Positions 36,010 to 48,950 of a DNA stretch of 64,000 bases are shown here, one piece after another (position 1 is the first letter of the stretch; the number at the start of each line of letters is the position of its first letter). Position numbers and translations under genes: made by a program. The notes under the pieces were generated by a model, which did no database searches, was not told where the DNA came from, and saw only the letters and a program-made list of their open reading frames with translations. This DNA comes from Chara braunii (taxonomy: Eukaryota > Plantae > Charophyceae): contig BFEA01000027.1 in the NCBI GenBank assembly GCA_003427395.1, positions 2,024,015-2,088,014 on the forward strand, written 5' to 3'.

Positions 36010-39000
36010 CCCCTGATCGAATACATGTAGAAGAGGATATGATTGAACAGGGAGGGAGAGAGACAACAGAGGCTGTAGAAACCGGCCTATCAAGGAGAAT
36101 AAGAGTTTGCCACAAGGGGACAGGGTATTAGTGCTACCGCTTAGAAGGAAGGCCGGGAACTGGGAACTGGGCCTGTCACCCGCCGAATTGGACGACCCGT
36201 ACTCTCCTTCCTACGGAGGAACGACTTTACAGGGCTGGCATATGCAGAGGGAGGGGATATTAAAAACCCATGAAGTCACAAATTTTATCGCCAGCCATTT
36301 CGAACCAGGGGCAACGGCTACCATTAGCGTAGCTACAGTTGGCCTGAAGATGGGCTACAAGGACCTTTACGTGAGATTTGAAGACAATAAGGAGGCAGGG
36401 TTGCTGTTGTACACACACAACATGCTCCTAGACACCCAACAACTTAAATTTAAGCCGAGTAATATCTGGTCGGCAGATGAAATACTTTCATGCATTTGTA
36501 CGATATTAAGGAAGAACATTTTGAATAGGGCGGTACATTGGGATGCCCAGGAATGGTCACAACTTCTAAAGCAATAGAAAAGTACTAGGGATACACATCC
36601 AATGATGAATTGGGTCGAAGTGGTGTATGGGAAAAACAAGGAGTGGAAGCACATTCTACAACAGGCTGACCTTGATATCAGAACGATCAACGTTAATGGC
36701 CTGGCCTCCCGCAACCCGGACAAAATCAAAGCCCTATGGGATCTAATAAGGGGGGTGGGGGGTAGATCGTGGCCAGACGTAGCCTGCCTACATGAGACCC
36801 ACCTTATGGATTCACCGAAACGCCACAGGGCACATAAGCAAGCCTGGCCCTTTCAAAGCTATCAAGCATTCGCCCCTCGCCCAGGAAGTGCAGGGGTGGC
36901 AATTTGGATCGCACCGGAATCACGATTCGATGTACTCTGCTGGGAAAAGGATGAGGTGGAAGGGAGATGTGTTAAAGTGTTGGGCATGCTGGAATTAGAA
37001 ATAATATGTATCGTATCTATATATGCCCCGGACACGACTCGCGAAAGAAGTTTTTTTTTTTTAGAACTCGAATCAATACCCACTCCAGGCGTTCCTCTTA
37101 TACTCACATGGGACTTCAATGCCGCACCCGATAGGTGGTTAGACCGATGGAAGATCTCCCCCACCACCACGCACAGCGCAGAGGAGGATGAGCGGATGTT
37201 GAGAGACTTATGTGCCCCCCTTTCACTCTTTACACTTTCAGGTGGAGTTACCCTGTTGAGAGGACCTTTACCTGCATTCAAAATAACGATCCTGCCAGAC
37301 TATCCAAGTCCCGAATTTATATAATCTTAGCCTCAGAAGAGTTGGGGGGGGAACTCTCGGCGGCGGCAATCTTGCCGGCCAGCCCATATCCTGGTCTCGA
37401 CCATAGGATGTGTATGGCAGTCTGGACCTTCCATAAATGGTCGGACCAAGGGTCTAGCTATTATAAACTTAACACTTATTTGCTTAGAACCCAATCCTTC
37501 CAGAAATACCTACAGCAGGCTTGAACCTTCTGGAAAGACTATCGCACTCAACATGATTCACAAATAGCTTGGTTTAACAACGGGTTGTTCTTTTTGGCCA
37601 AAAAGAGCAACGAGTTTTTTAAGTATCTGGCCGCCCAGAGATACCAGCAGGAAGCTGCAATCTTGCAAAAACTGGTGAACACAGAATAAGAACAAAACTC
37701 GCAAGGGAAGGAAGAAAAAATTACTGAATTACAAACATGTATACAAGATTTGAAGAATCAATTACTAAAACACGCACAGTCCCGATGGCAAGGTGCCCAA
37801 ACAAGAGCAAGGTTATTCAAATTCTCCACGAAGGAACAATGGACTCTCACTTTTTCAGGTTGGCACGAACACGTACTCAAAGAACCACCATTGAAGCGCT
37901 TTACGAACTAAACGCCACAGACTCAGAACCAGCAGTTACCACAACCTGTTGTACAAAAATAACATACGATTACTATAAAGACATTTTCTCTTCACATATA
38001 AACAAAGCAGATGAACCATATCATGAGCGTCTTTTGAACGAATTTCTGGAACCAGTTAATAAAGCCTTGACTCATGAACAACGTCACGCCCTAGAAGCCC
38101 AACTCTCCAAATACGAGATATGGACCGCCCTTCTACAAATGAAGGAGGATAAAACCCCAGGCATCAACGACTTCCCCAAGGAATTATGGGAAACCACTTG
38201 GGACTTTATGTGTCAAGATGTCATGAATTTTTACAACGAAGTGTGGGTAACAAGGGAGATGGGCGAAAGGGTGGGGCAATAGATTCCAACCCTCATATAT
38301 AAAAAGAGAGATAAGATTGATATCAGAAACTACAGGCCAATAACGCTACTCACAGTAGTGTACAAAATGTTGTCTAAGGCCTTAGCAAACAGAATGATAT
38401 CGGTAATGGAAGACATCATCCATCCCGCTCAAACTGGTTTCATGGAAAACAGGAACATACAAGAAAATACCTTACTGATCCATAAGGTCCTCCAGCTTAC
38501 GACCCACTCCCGATAAAATGCGGCTCTGATCTTCATCGACTTCGAAAAGGCCTATGACCATATGGACTGGTTGTTTTTGGACAGATGTCTGAAAAAAATG
38601 AATTTTGGGCCGGATTTCCGACGTTGGATATGAATCCTGCACCATAACGCTACCATATGCGTCCAAGTCAACGGGAGCCTCACACTACCTTTACATTTGG
38701 AGAGATCGGTCCGTCAGGGAGATCCAATGACCCATTTTCTTTTCCTGGTCATTATGGAGGCACTAACCGCCAATCTCCAGGCAAATAGAAATATTACAAG
38801 GATACATGTCACACGTATCCCGGAGGATGCAATCCTGGTGTGCTCTGACAGAGGCCACACTCCGTAACATGGAGGAAATTCAGCGGATGATGAAAAAGTT
38901 TGCCAAGGTGTCTGATATGGTAGTTAATTGGCGTTCTAAAACACAGGGCTGGTGGATCCACTACCAAGGAGGACACCCGTCAGAGTCACCACGAGTAGCA

Positions 39001-41727
39001 TGGAAACCACTAGAGGCCCCAATAAGAATTATGGGGGTATCCATGACCACTGAGGGACGACCGCCAATCAACGATGAATGGATTAGCACCCCGACCCAAC
39101 AAAAAGTAAATAACTGGAGGAACAAACACACATCCCTTTTCAGTCGAGCGCTGGTTATTAATAACGTGATTTTTGCATCCTTATGGTACAAATCCTTGTT
39201 GTGGTCACTGAGCAACGCAGCCGTGAGAAGCCTGAGGACAAAAGCAACAACGTTCATGTGGAGAGGGGATGGAGAGCAGACCAACGTAATAAGTCGTGTA
39301 GCTTGGGACTCAATTATCCAACCTAACGCAGGAGGAGGATTGAGAATAATTGACCCAGCCATACAGGTCCAAGCCCTTCGTATAAAATGGATTAAGAAGC
39401 TTATCTTCGCCCCCCATAACCCGTGGTCTATTTTAGCTTTGGAACATTTGGCTCGAATGACCCCGGAGGCCTCCCACAAGATTCACCCACTGACATGGTT
39501 GGAGGATCGCTTCTGGACAGTCCCACACAAATTCTCACAAGTTAGGAACAGGCCGGAAAGAGGGACTCAATCGATGGACACATTATGATCATCCTTGCTG
39601 CAGACCTGGCATCATCTCCCGCTCCCAGACAAGAACCACCCCAACCGTTGGGAGGAGGTCCACCGACAACCTCTCTTTGGGAACAGATGGATAACGGATA
39701 CAAGGGGCTGCGTCATGAAGAGCTCAGCCCTGCCCTGGAAAAGTTGGGTTAGACATGGCATCCTTAGGGTAGGGGATCTCTGGGACCGTGACAGACACGA
39801 TTGGAAAACAAAGGAACAGATGCGAACATTCTTAAAGTACTGCCACCGTGTGGAAGAACTCTTTGAGAATCTAATTGAAGCCATCCCACTGGAATGGTAC
39901 CGAATTCTCAAACATGGCCCTACCTTGAGAATAAGGGATTGGGTGGCATGCACAGGGCCCCCGTTAAGGATCGGCCAGATTCACATGGTCTCACCTCAAC
40001 TAGTCCTGGTTGAACATCACACCATCACCAAAAAGGGCACCCTCCAAGGGAGTAGGACAAAGGGTGGCGTACCAGCCCGAAAAAGGGTGAGGGTCTTAGA
40101 AGAGAAAGGACAAAGGATGGCGTACCAGCCCAAAAAAAAAATCCAGGACCTGGTCTTTGATCCGGTGGAATGGACTTGGCTGCCTCCCCAAAAGAGGGGA
40201 ACCCCCAAGGTAAGTCATATTAGCCTACATCAATTAACGGTCAAATCGCCTATAAAATGCTCAAACCTAAGCGGTATCTAAATGATTTGATCAACGATAG
40301 ATGGGCCACGCAGCTGAATGTGGACCGATCTCTCTTATCGCCAATCCAATGGTTCAGGGAACAAAAATCCAGGCCCATGAAAATCACCTCCCTTCAGTGG
40401 CAAATAGCACACCGATGTCAGCCAACAAATGATTGGTTGGCTCACTGCACAACCCTCGAACAGAGAGGAATGTTGCTCCTTTGGTGTCAACGGTGCCAAA
40501 GTCTCTTCCCCCCCCACAAAATGGCGGAGACCATTGAGCACATCTTTATGCAATGTCCAATTGCTCAATTCATATGGAGATGGTGGGACCGTATATGACG
40601 GAAGATGAAACCAGACATTCCCTGGCCCTGGTCATGGCAGGCCATATTAGCTGGGCATTGGCCGCGGGTAGAAACAACCTTGACTTTCGTACGGAATATG
40701 TACAGACTGGGAAGGAGAGTAGTGATTTGGGCTCTTTGGTGGCAGAGGTGCACCTTGGCCATGGAAAGGGTGCGGGTGGAAGGGGCGGAAGTTCTAGAAC
40801 AGATTCAGCAACAGATTCATCTTGAGCTTACTTAGAGATGGTTAGACACAATATCCCAATTAAACGTTTTCAAACAAATTGGAGACGTCAGGAGACAAAT
40901 TACGACTTTTGCACAGACTGGGTGGGGGGAGAAAGAAAAGGGTGGATTGCAAAAATTGAATGGAGTGGGGACAGGGGAGTAGGGTCGTATGATTTGGAGC
41001 AAATAAGAAACTATCGTCTAATTTTTAAGGACTGGACTAACATAGAGCCCTCCTCCCCTTTACGCCCTCCCTCGGATTTTCCGGACCCCTTTCCTCCTCA
41101 TGCCCTGTCTCTAACAGAGATTCTGTCTTGAGCATAATACTTTCCTTTGCAAACCTCGCACACTTTCACAAAGTGGAACACCTCCCTAGAGCCCCCTGGG
41201 GAGGACCCCGCCAATGCTTTTTTCTATTCTACTTTCTGTTGAGGTAGTCAATGTAGTCAATGCTGACCTTTTGAGTATTCTAGAAACAACTGAGCATGAG
41301 GGTTCTGTATGCAACTGAGCATGGTTTTGGAGTGTGACTCCCCTGATTAGTATCATTCCCTAGTATCAATCATAAGCGGTCTATCTGACGCCCTTTTATG
41401 AGGATGAAGAGCTACAAAAAGGGATTGGCTGCCCTACATGCTCACACAAGGCTACTTTACGGGATATTACACAGGATCTGCTCAGTCAATCCCCTGGGTT
41501 TCAGGGCAATCAATGCTGGCAGACTCCATAGCCACTATTCTCGTAGGGTCTGCTCAGTCAATCCCCTGTTGTGCAGGGTAATCAATGCTGGCAAGCCTCA
41601 CACTGTTTTCACCTTCTCAAGATGTTTTTCTTTCAAGGGACGCTGGACCCGTTTTCCAGCAGGTGACGCTCCCCACTAATAGATGGAGCCTCTCCCCAGG
41701 TGTTAGTGGTGTCTGCTCTTACCAGCA
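36010..41727 (+). mobile_element. Near-complete decayed L1-like LINE (ORF1 3' part, ORF2 EN-RT-Zn finger, 3' UTR)
   Basis: EN motifs TINVNGL/CLHETHL/WDFN; RT motifs NYRPITLL, DFEKAYD, RQGDP (the FADD segment appears deleted near 38840); CQRC...ETIEHIFMQC; tail motifs at 41482-41727. Confidence 0.92.
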
Positions 41728-43489
41728 NNNNNNNNNNNNNNNNNNNNNNNNNNNNNNNNNNNNNNNNNNNNNNNNNNNNNNNNNNNNNNNNNNNNNNNNN
41801 NNNNNNNNNNNNNNNNNNNNNNNNNNNNNNNNNNNNNNNNNNNNNNNNNNNNNNNNNNNNNNNNNNNNNNNNNNNNNNNNNNNNNNNNNNNNNNNNNNNN
41901 NNNNNNNNNNNNNNNNNNNNNNNNNNNNNNNNNNNNNNNNNNNNNNNNNNNNNNNNNNNNNNNNNNNNNNNNNNNNNNNNNNNNNNNNNNNNNNNNNNNN
42001 NNNNNNNNNNNNNNNNNNNNNNNNNNNNNNNNNNNNNNNNNNNNNNNNNNNNNNNNNNNNNNNNNNNNNNNNNNNNNNNNNNNNNNNNNNNNNNNNNNNN
42101 NNNNNNNNNNNNNNNNNNNNNNNNNNNNNNNNNNNNNNNNNNNNNNNNNNNNNNNNNNNNNNNNNNNNNNNNNNNNNNNNNNNNNNNNNNNNNNNNNNNN
42201 NNNNNNNNNNNNNNNNNNNNNNNNNNNNNNNNNNNNNNNNNNNNNNNNNNNNNNNNNNNNNNNNNNNNNNNNNNNNNNNNNNNNNNNNNNNNNNNNNNNN
42301 NNNNNNNNNNNNNNNNNNNNNNNNNNNNNNNNNNNNNNNNNNNNNNNNNNNNNNNNNTTTTTAAAGCCCTTGTGCAAGGCCTCTATCCCGGTGGTGGTAA
42401 GAGAACCTCCGGAATTGAGGCTTTGCCTAACAGGCTGCTCCATCTATTGGTGGGGAGCATCACCTGCTGGAAACCGGGCCCAACGTCCCTTTCATACATC
42501 TTCTCTTTTCTGTGAAGGAAGAATCAGTACCAAACTTCGCCAATGTAGAGAATATATTCCTGCCAGCATTGATTACCCTGGATTCCAGGGGATTGACTGA
42601 GCAGTACAGGAGGCATCTAGGAGGAAAAACAGGGGAAGGGAAGCCTCTTTAGTCCATGAGGACCGCGATAGATCCTTTCAACAAAGCTATCCTGTCCCTG
42701 CGTGTTAGCCTTGATTAACCTTTCTCAAAGGCTCCCCATACCTTACCATTGCATTTCTACCATAGCAAGCTCAGACGGAGGGAAAGGGTCTGAAAAACAA
42801 ATCGGAGATCTGAGAAAGGCTCCTGGATGAAGTTAGGACCAATCTCGAAAGATGAGATGGAAGTCTTTTTTTAGTGACACTCCTATCTCTTCTTCCCCTG
42901 GCCATTTCACCTCACCCAAGCCCCTCCCTGCAGCACCCCCCAGCCAGTCCAGGTTAAATTTTTGAATAATTTGTTGAAGGTTTTGCAGCTTAGCTTTAAT
43001 TGTCGTCCACTTTGCTCCGATTTGCGTTTGTATCATACTTGCAAGCGCACATCGTGCGCAAGTTTCCCGACGTTCCGCGCACGCGCCTAACCATTCCCGC
43101 GAGGAGCACGAGGTGTGCGGGGAACGGCCCGAACACACCCCCCTCCCCCCCGAAAAAAGAAGGCAGGGGTCGAAACGGCACATTGGAGCCCCCCCGCCAA
43201 AATTGATGCCAAGGCCAAAAAAAAAATTTTTAGGCCCGCGCTCAAGGCCGGACCTCGAGGTTTCAAATTTTCAAAACTTGTTTGTACTGTGTGGGTGGGC
43301 TTGGTTGGGCCTCTTGCGTTGGTTTCTGGTCGGCCACGACCATCCCTGCTAGGAGTGTCGTTGCCATTTCAAGGAGGAGCTACCGCCGTTCTCAAGTGTC
43401 GCCCCGTGCTGAAGTGCAGCCATGCTGCCGTGCTGCCTTATGAGGGAGGAGCTGCCACCATTGCCCGGTGAGAATCACCAGCCTCGACC

Positions 43490-44050
43490 TCCCCTTCATC
43501 CTCCTCACTGCCTCCTCTACATGCTTCTCCTCTCCTCTCGCTCGTCCTCCTCCTCCTCCCCTACCTCGTTGCCCTCTTCCTTCTCCTCATCCTCCTCCTT
43601 CTCCTCCTCCTCCTCCTCCTCCTCCTCTTCCTCGTCGCCCTCGTTGCCCTCCTCCTCCTCCTCCTCCTNNNNNNNNNNNNNNNNNNNNNNNNNNTCATCG
43701 CCCTCGTCGCCCTCCTCCTCCTCCTCCTCCTCCTCCTCCTCCTCCTCCTGCTCTTGTTCCTCGTCACCCTCATCGTCCACGTCCTCCTCCTCTCCCACCC
43801 AGGTAACAAATCTATCGAGCCCTTGTCCAACTCCTCCGGACCCCCTCCCGCTCGTCCTCCTCCTCCTCCCCTTCCTCGTCGCCCTCGCCGCCCTCATCGC
43901 CCTCCTCCTCCTCCTCCTCCTCCTTCTCCTCCTCCTCCCCTTCCTCATTCCCTTGTCGCCCTCCTCCTCCTCCTCCTTCTCCTCCTCCTCCTCCTCCTCC
44001 CCTTCCTCGTCGCCCTCGTCGCCCTCCTCCTCCAGGTCGTCCTCCTCTCC
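43490..44050. repeat. (TCC)n low-complexity tract
   Basis: Direct reading. Confidence 0.9.
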
Positions 44051-44092
44051 CACCCAGGTAACGAAACTATCGAGCTTCGTTTTTTTTTCCCA

Positions 44093-44553
44093 ACCTTTTC
44101 TCGATTAAATTTTGTGTGTGTCATCCTTGCGCAGAGGTCGTGCTAATCTTGTTCCCAAAGTCACGAAACGGAGGAGGATTGGGAACGATACAGAGAAGAT
44201 TAGCACGACCTCTGCGTCCACCTCGTCCTCCCCCTCTCTCACCTAGGTATCGAAATTTCAAAAATAATCCGATCTATTGAGTTCTTTTTTTTCTTTTTTT
44301 TTTGACCTTTTCTCGAATCATGTGTCATCCTTGCGTCAAGGTCATGGTAATCATCTGTGTGTTGTTCTCATTGCAACGGATGTCCTGAAGGAGCCTGTTT
44401 TTTGTTTTTTTACCTTTTTCTCGATTTTTGTTTGTCATCCTTGCACAGGGGTTATGCTGATCTATTGGGGCCTGTAGGGCTTGATGCGCAGGGGCCGTTA
44501 GGGCTTGATGTACAAGGCACTTTAAGGGGTCATGCTAATCTCCTCGCTATATC
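44093..44553. pseudogene. U6: Cluster of U6 snRNA-derived fragments (five minus, one plus)
   Basis: 44178-44216(+) GGAACGATACAGAGAAGATTAGCACGACCTCTGCG; minus copies at 44093-44158, 44301-44367 and 44412-44463 carry GCAAGGATGACA...TCGAGAAA; short pieces at 44485-44496 and 44525-44553. Confidence 0.88.
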
Positions 44554-44649
44554 CCCTCCGCTGGAAAACGTTGGAAATACCGCTCGTTTTTTTTTTTTCC
44601 GTTGTTTCCTGTTCCTGGACTCGGTGCTCGCCATATCCCAGTCTCCCCG

Positions 44650-45175
44650 CCATATCCCCACCTTCATCTCTCCTCCATGCCTCCACCTTCGTCCTCCACC
44701 TGTCCATCTTTCCTCCAGCTCTCCTCCATCTGTTCTCCATATACTCCACCTTCACCTCTCCATGCCTCCATGTTTGTCCACTTGTCCATCTTTCCTGCAT
44801 CTCTCCTCCATCTGTCCTTAATATACCCTCCACCTTCTTCTTTTCTCCATGCCTCCACCTTTGTCCTCCACCTGTCCATCTTTCCTCCATCTCTCCACCT
44901 TCATTTCTCCTCCATGCCTCCACCTTCATCTCTCCTCCATGCCTCCACCAGATGCAACATCATCTTTCCTCCATACCTCCGCCTTTCTCCTCCATGTCCA
45001 TCTCTCCTCCACCTCCCGGACCGTATCTCGCCCTCTCCCCTCCATCTCTCTTTCATATCCCCATCTCCCTCTCATATCCCCTCCACCTTCATTTCTCCTC
45101 CATTCACCACCTTTCTTTTCCATCTCTCCATCTCTCCTCCATATCTCCTGCATTTGGCGTGCATCTCTCCTCCAA
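44650..45175. repeat. Pyrimidine-rich minisatellite (CTCCTCCATGCCTCCACCTTC units)
   Basis: Direct reading. Confidence 0.85.
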
Positions 45176-47451
45176 CTGATTTCAAGGCAGACAACATAAC
45201 CCCTTTTGTTTTTTTTTCTTCGTTTCTATTATATTATTAATTATTTCTATAACCGTTCACTTGATTTGAAGGCAGACTTCCGAAGACAGCGACTGCTGAC
45301 AACTGTTTTTTTTTTTAGTTCGTCCTGTCTGGCCAGCCGTGTTGAAAAGGGGCGGTGGTTGTGGAGGAGTCTACGGCAGGAGGGCGGAGGACACAGAGTC
45401 TGGTGTGGGTGAATTACGGATGTAATTGGGACTATGGCTGATTTGATGGTCCTGACCATTTTTTATGTGTGCAGGTCACAACGACGAGCAACAAGTTCGC
45501 CGCCGACATGGTCAAGGAGAGATTTGATCAAGGAGCAGCACGTTCGGACCCCTCAGACCCCCTTTAAAAAAAAAAAAAAAAAAAAAGTCTCGCACGGCTT
45601 TGCACGGTGCGGTACACGTAGCGCACGTCCCCGCACATTTCTGCACCCGCACAGCCACCCCCCGCACGGATCTGGTCTGTGTGGGTGCAGAATGTGCGGA
45701 GATCGAGCACCTCCCGCACGCCGTACTTCACACCGCACCGCACGAATGTGCGGCTCATGCGGTTGCAAGTATGGTTTGTATAAATCGAACAATAAGATCT
45801 AGTATCTCAGGGCCATCTAGGCTCACCTTCTCATGTTCTCTAACACGCCTTTTATACCATAACACCCATAATATTGCTTTATGGCCAATTTCAAAAAGAT
45901 TATTTTGAAAACTGAAAATTTGATATAGTGAGATCTAGGGGTTTCCAATACCCCAGTAAAATGGTCCTCCAATCCCAGGGCCAGTTTATACCTGTTAGGT
46001 CTCTCCAAGTACAATCTCATCTTCTCCATAAATGGACTGAACCCGGACATTGCAAGATTTGGGATAGGTAGTTGATGATAATAAGCATGTCACCCCTCAG
46101 TATGAGAGACAAAGAAAACTCTAATACGATAAATATAGGTGGCCAAAAAAAAAATTACCTTGTTTGAAGGGGAGGGTGATATAAGATGTTCCTTGTTGAT
46201 TTTGACCAGGCCTACCATAGCTTCTTGTGGAGTAAGATGAATCACTTGTCCCACCATCTGTTGCCCATTAGGCTGGACTCCTATCACCCAATCTCCCTCC
46301 TTGATTTTTTACCCTTTTTTCAAAATTTGTACCCAAGCTAAGGGGATGGAAAAAATAATCTGATCTAGATTTGAAGATAGGTGATGGGCATATCTCAATG
46401 TAGATCTCAGTTGATCAACGGTCTTCCAATCTTTGGTTTCTGAATTCCATAAATCTTTAATTCTGAGTACCCCCCTTTTGACCCACAAGGACCAGGGTGG
46501 AACTGAACTATTAAAAATGCAGCTATTTAAGTCTGTAATCCATCTGTTGCCAAAAAGAGGCTGCCTAAGTATCTCCTCACATCGAGAAGGAAAGGGCCTA
46601 TTTGGCAATGAAAGACATCTCCATATTTTCAACAAGGAAGTCCACATATTATCCAAGCTAAGATCAACTTTGGCGGCCCCGCGCACCCCCTCTTCTCTGG
46701 AATGCGTCCTGGGAATGGTCCAATAACAATCTTCAATCCAAGTGAGGGGGTGTATATCATCTGGACATGAAGGACCTAACCAACGAATTTGTTCACATAC
46801 TAGCACTTGTCAGGGTTTGTCAGTAGACAATATTATTTTTTTTATCCTTTGCAATGATAAAGCCTGATAGTGAAGAGTTGGATCCAGGATCCTCAATCCT
46901 CCTCTCGTCCTTGGTTAGACTAGGGAGAGCCAGACTACTCTTGGAATCACCTTGTCCTGTTCATGATCACCTCTCCATAAGAATGCTGACACTTGTCTTC
47001 GTAAAGTTTTCGTACGCTCTTTGTTGATCGACCAACGTGTTGATTTGTACCGTATTGAGGCAAGGACAACATTGTTAATTATAAGTGCACGCCCAAAAAT
47101 TGAGATATGTAACATTAAACGGTTACAAATTTCAGGAATACCAGAGGAAGCAACTCCTATTACCTCTATGTTTGCAGATGATCTCACTGTTACGATGGAG
47201 GCATCAAAATCGAACATGAAGGAGATTCAGGCTATGATAGAAAAAAATTCTCAGATATCTGACATGGTGGTTAATTGGGGAAGTGAAACACAAGGCTGGT
47301 GGATTCATTCTAATGGGGTACGTCCTCCGGAACACCCTAAAGTTGGTTGGGTTCCCTTGAATGCTCCGGTGCAAATTTTGGGAGTTTCTCTTACAGCAAA
47401 TGGTAAAACAACTACTAATGATGATTGTATCTCCAAACCAGCTCTGGAAAA

Positions 47452-47673
47452 AACGTCCACCCGGTCTTTCGTTGTTCAAAGTTGGCTCTTTTTGTTTCGG
47501 CAGAATGCGCCGAGTTTCCCGGGCGACGATCGCAAGACCCACGCTCCATGGACAGTTTTCAGGAGGTTAGCGACATCATCTCGCAGCGGCGCTACAGCAC
47601 CAAGCCGACGGAGTACTTAGTACACTTTTCCTATTGTAGCCATAAGGCTGACCGTTGGTTGACCCGTGCTGAG
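47452..47673 (+). mobile_element. Chromoviral Gypsy integrase C-terminus/chromodomain relic
   Basis: VHPVFRCSKL (end of GPY/F module) followed by EVSDIISQRRY...EYLVHF...DRW. Confidence 0.75.
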
Positions 47674-48950
47674 CATGTATTAGTAACCCTAGAACAATGC
47701 CTGCTGGTATGTCCAATGGTTGCACAGATCTGGAGATGCTGGGATGCAGCTCGGTCACACCTCACAGGCAGCCAATACCCCTGGGTGATCAAGCTACTAC
47801 TTTTGGGAGTCCAAACTGACATACCGCCTGGGTGGAATGCTTATGACAGAAACCTCTTCCAAACCACAAGATTGGAACTGTTAATGGTGGTCGAGCGAGC
47901 ATGCTGCACCTTTGAGCGGAAACAGCACACCTTTGGTTATCTCCAAGCCAAGGACCACATGGCGGACTACCTGAAGGTCAGGACCAAAGAGGCGTGGGAT
48001 CACCTGAAGGCCAAAAGAAAAATTATTGAAGGTGACCCTATCCTCACCGATCAGGTGAAACAGCAAAAGATCAAAGAGATACGGGACCAATTTCAAGATG
48101 AATGGCTGGGGCGGAGAAAGATGACTGCAGAACTCTTGGGCCAACACCTCCGATGGAAGGACTGGAGACGCCGAGAGAGCGAATGGCCTCTTAAGCCAAG
48201 CGCTCATTTCACAGTCCCACACTCAGCGACCCCCGCCCCCGTCATCCTTTGCCCATGATCCTATGCCTCTAGACTTCCAGACTTCCCCTCCCCCTGCGCG
48301 CCTGCCCCCCCCCCCTCTTCCCTCCGGACACCCAACTGTTGGTATGCAGGATCGAAGACACTCAAAGCGGTCGGACAAACCTGTGGCTTCAAGAACTGGA
48401 GGGACACACACAGACGGACATGGAGAGACCGGAAAGAAGGGGTGAGGGTGCAGAATCTTGGGGGGGGATGGAAGGACGGCAGGATGGGGCCCGAAGGGCA
48501 CACGGAGTCTCCTGAAGGGAAACGAAGCAGGGTGGGCAGGTACACTCAAAAGGGGGATGGACTGCAAACCATGGACGGGGTGGGGACAGGTAGGAAGGGT
48601 TTAAGTTTTAGGGTTTAAGGCTCAGGGTTTCAAAATGTACAGAAGGGAGATCGAAATTAGATAGAAGCAGTACAGGGCATGTAACGCTGTGACAAATGGG
48701 GGCTGCGGATTGGGGCAGAGCCACTTGACAGAGAGAGCTCCATGACGGGATGGGTGTTGGTAGCAGCTCCAAAGGGAACAGGGAGCCGCGTGATTGGAAG
48801 TGTTTGGCTCCTGCCCCAACAACATTGTGAAGTATGTGATACCCAAGGGACGCTGGACCCTGTTTCCAGCAGGTGCCGCTACCCACCAATAAATGGAGCA
48901 GTCCGACAGATAAGCCCTCAATCCTGGTGGTTCTCTCGCCAAAATGAACG
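47674..48950 (+). mobile_element. 5'-truncated L1-like LINE 3' end
   Basis: TLEQCLLVCPMVAQIWRCWD...FERKQHTFGYLQA is homologous to ORF 26308..27159; tail motif at 48847-48900. Confidence 0.85.

Larger units (their letters stand above)
43034..45773. mobile_element. Non-autonomous hAT-like DNA transposon (2.74 kb)
   Basis: TIRs CATACTTGCAA(G/C)CGCA; perfect 8-bp TSD GTTTGTAT (43026-43033, 45774-45781); subterminal CGCAC repeats; no transposase. Confidence 0.88.
42358..47452 (-). mobile_element. 5'-truncated, 5'-inverted L1-like LINE, interrupted by a hAT-like element
   Basis: Tail at 42358-42600; minus-strand ORF2 pieces 42833-43025 and 45782-47110; plus-strand FADD segment 47112-47452. Confidence 0.85.

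Noticed and set aside
21057-42515. ORFs containing long X runs
   Set aside because: Artefacts of assembly gaps (N runs).
44093-44553. Functional U6 snRNA gene
   Set aside because: All copies lack the 5' stem-loop, carry substitutions or deletions, and show no recognisable upstream promoter.
43422-45240. Poly-Ser/Pro/Glu ORFs
   Set aside because: Translations of (TCC)n and pyrimidine-rich minisatellites.
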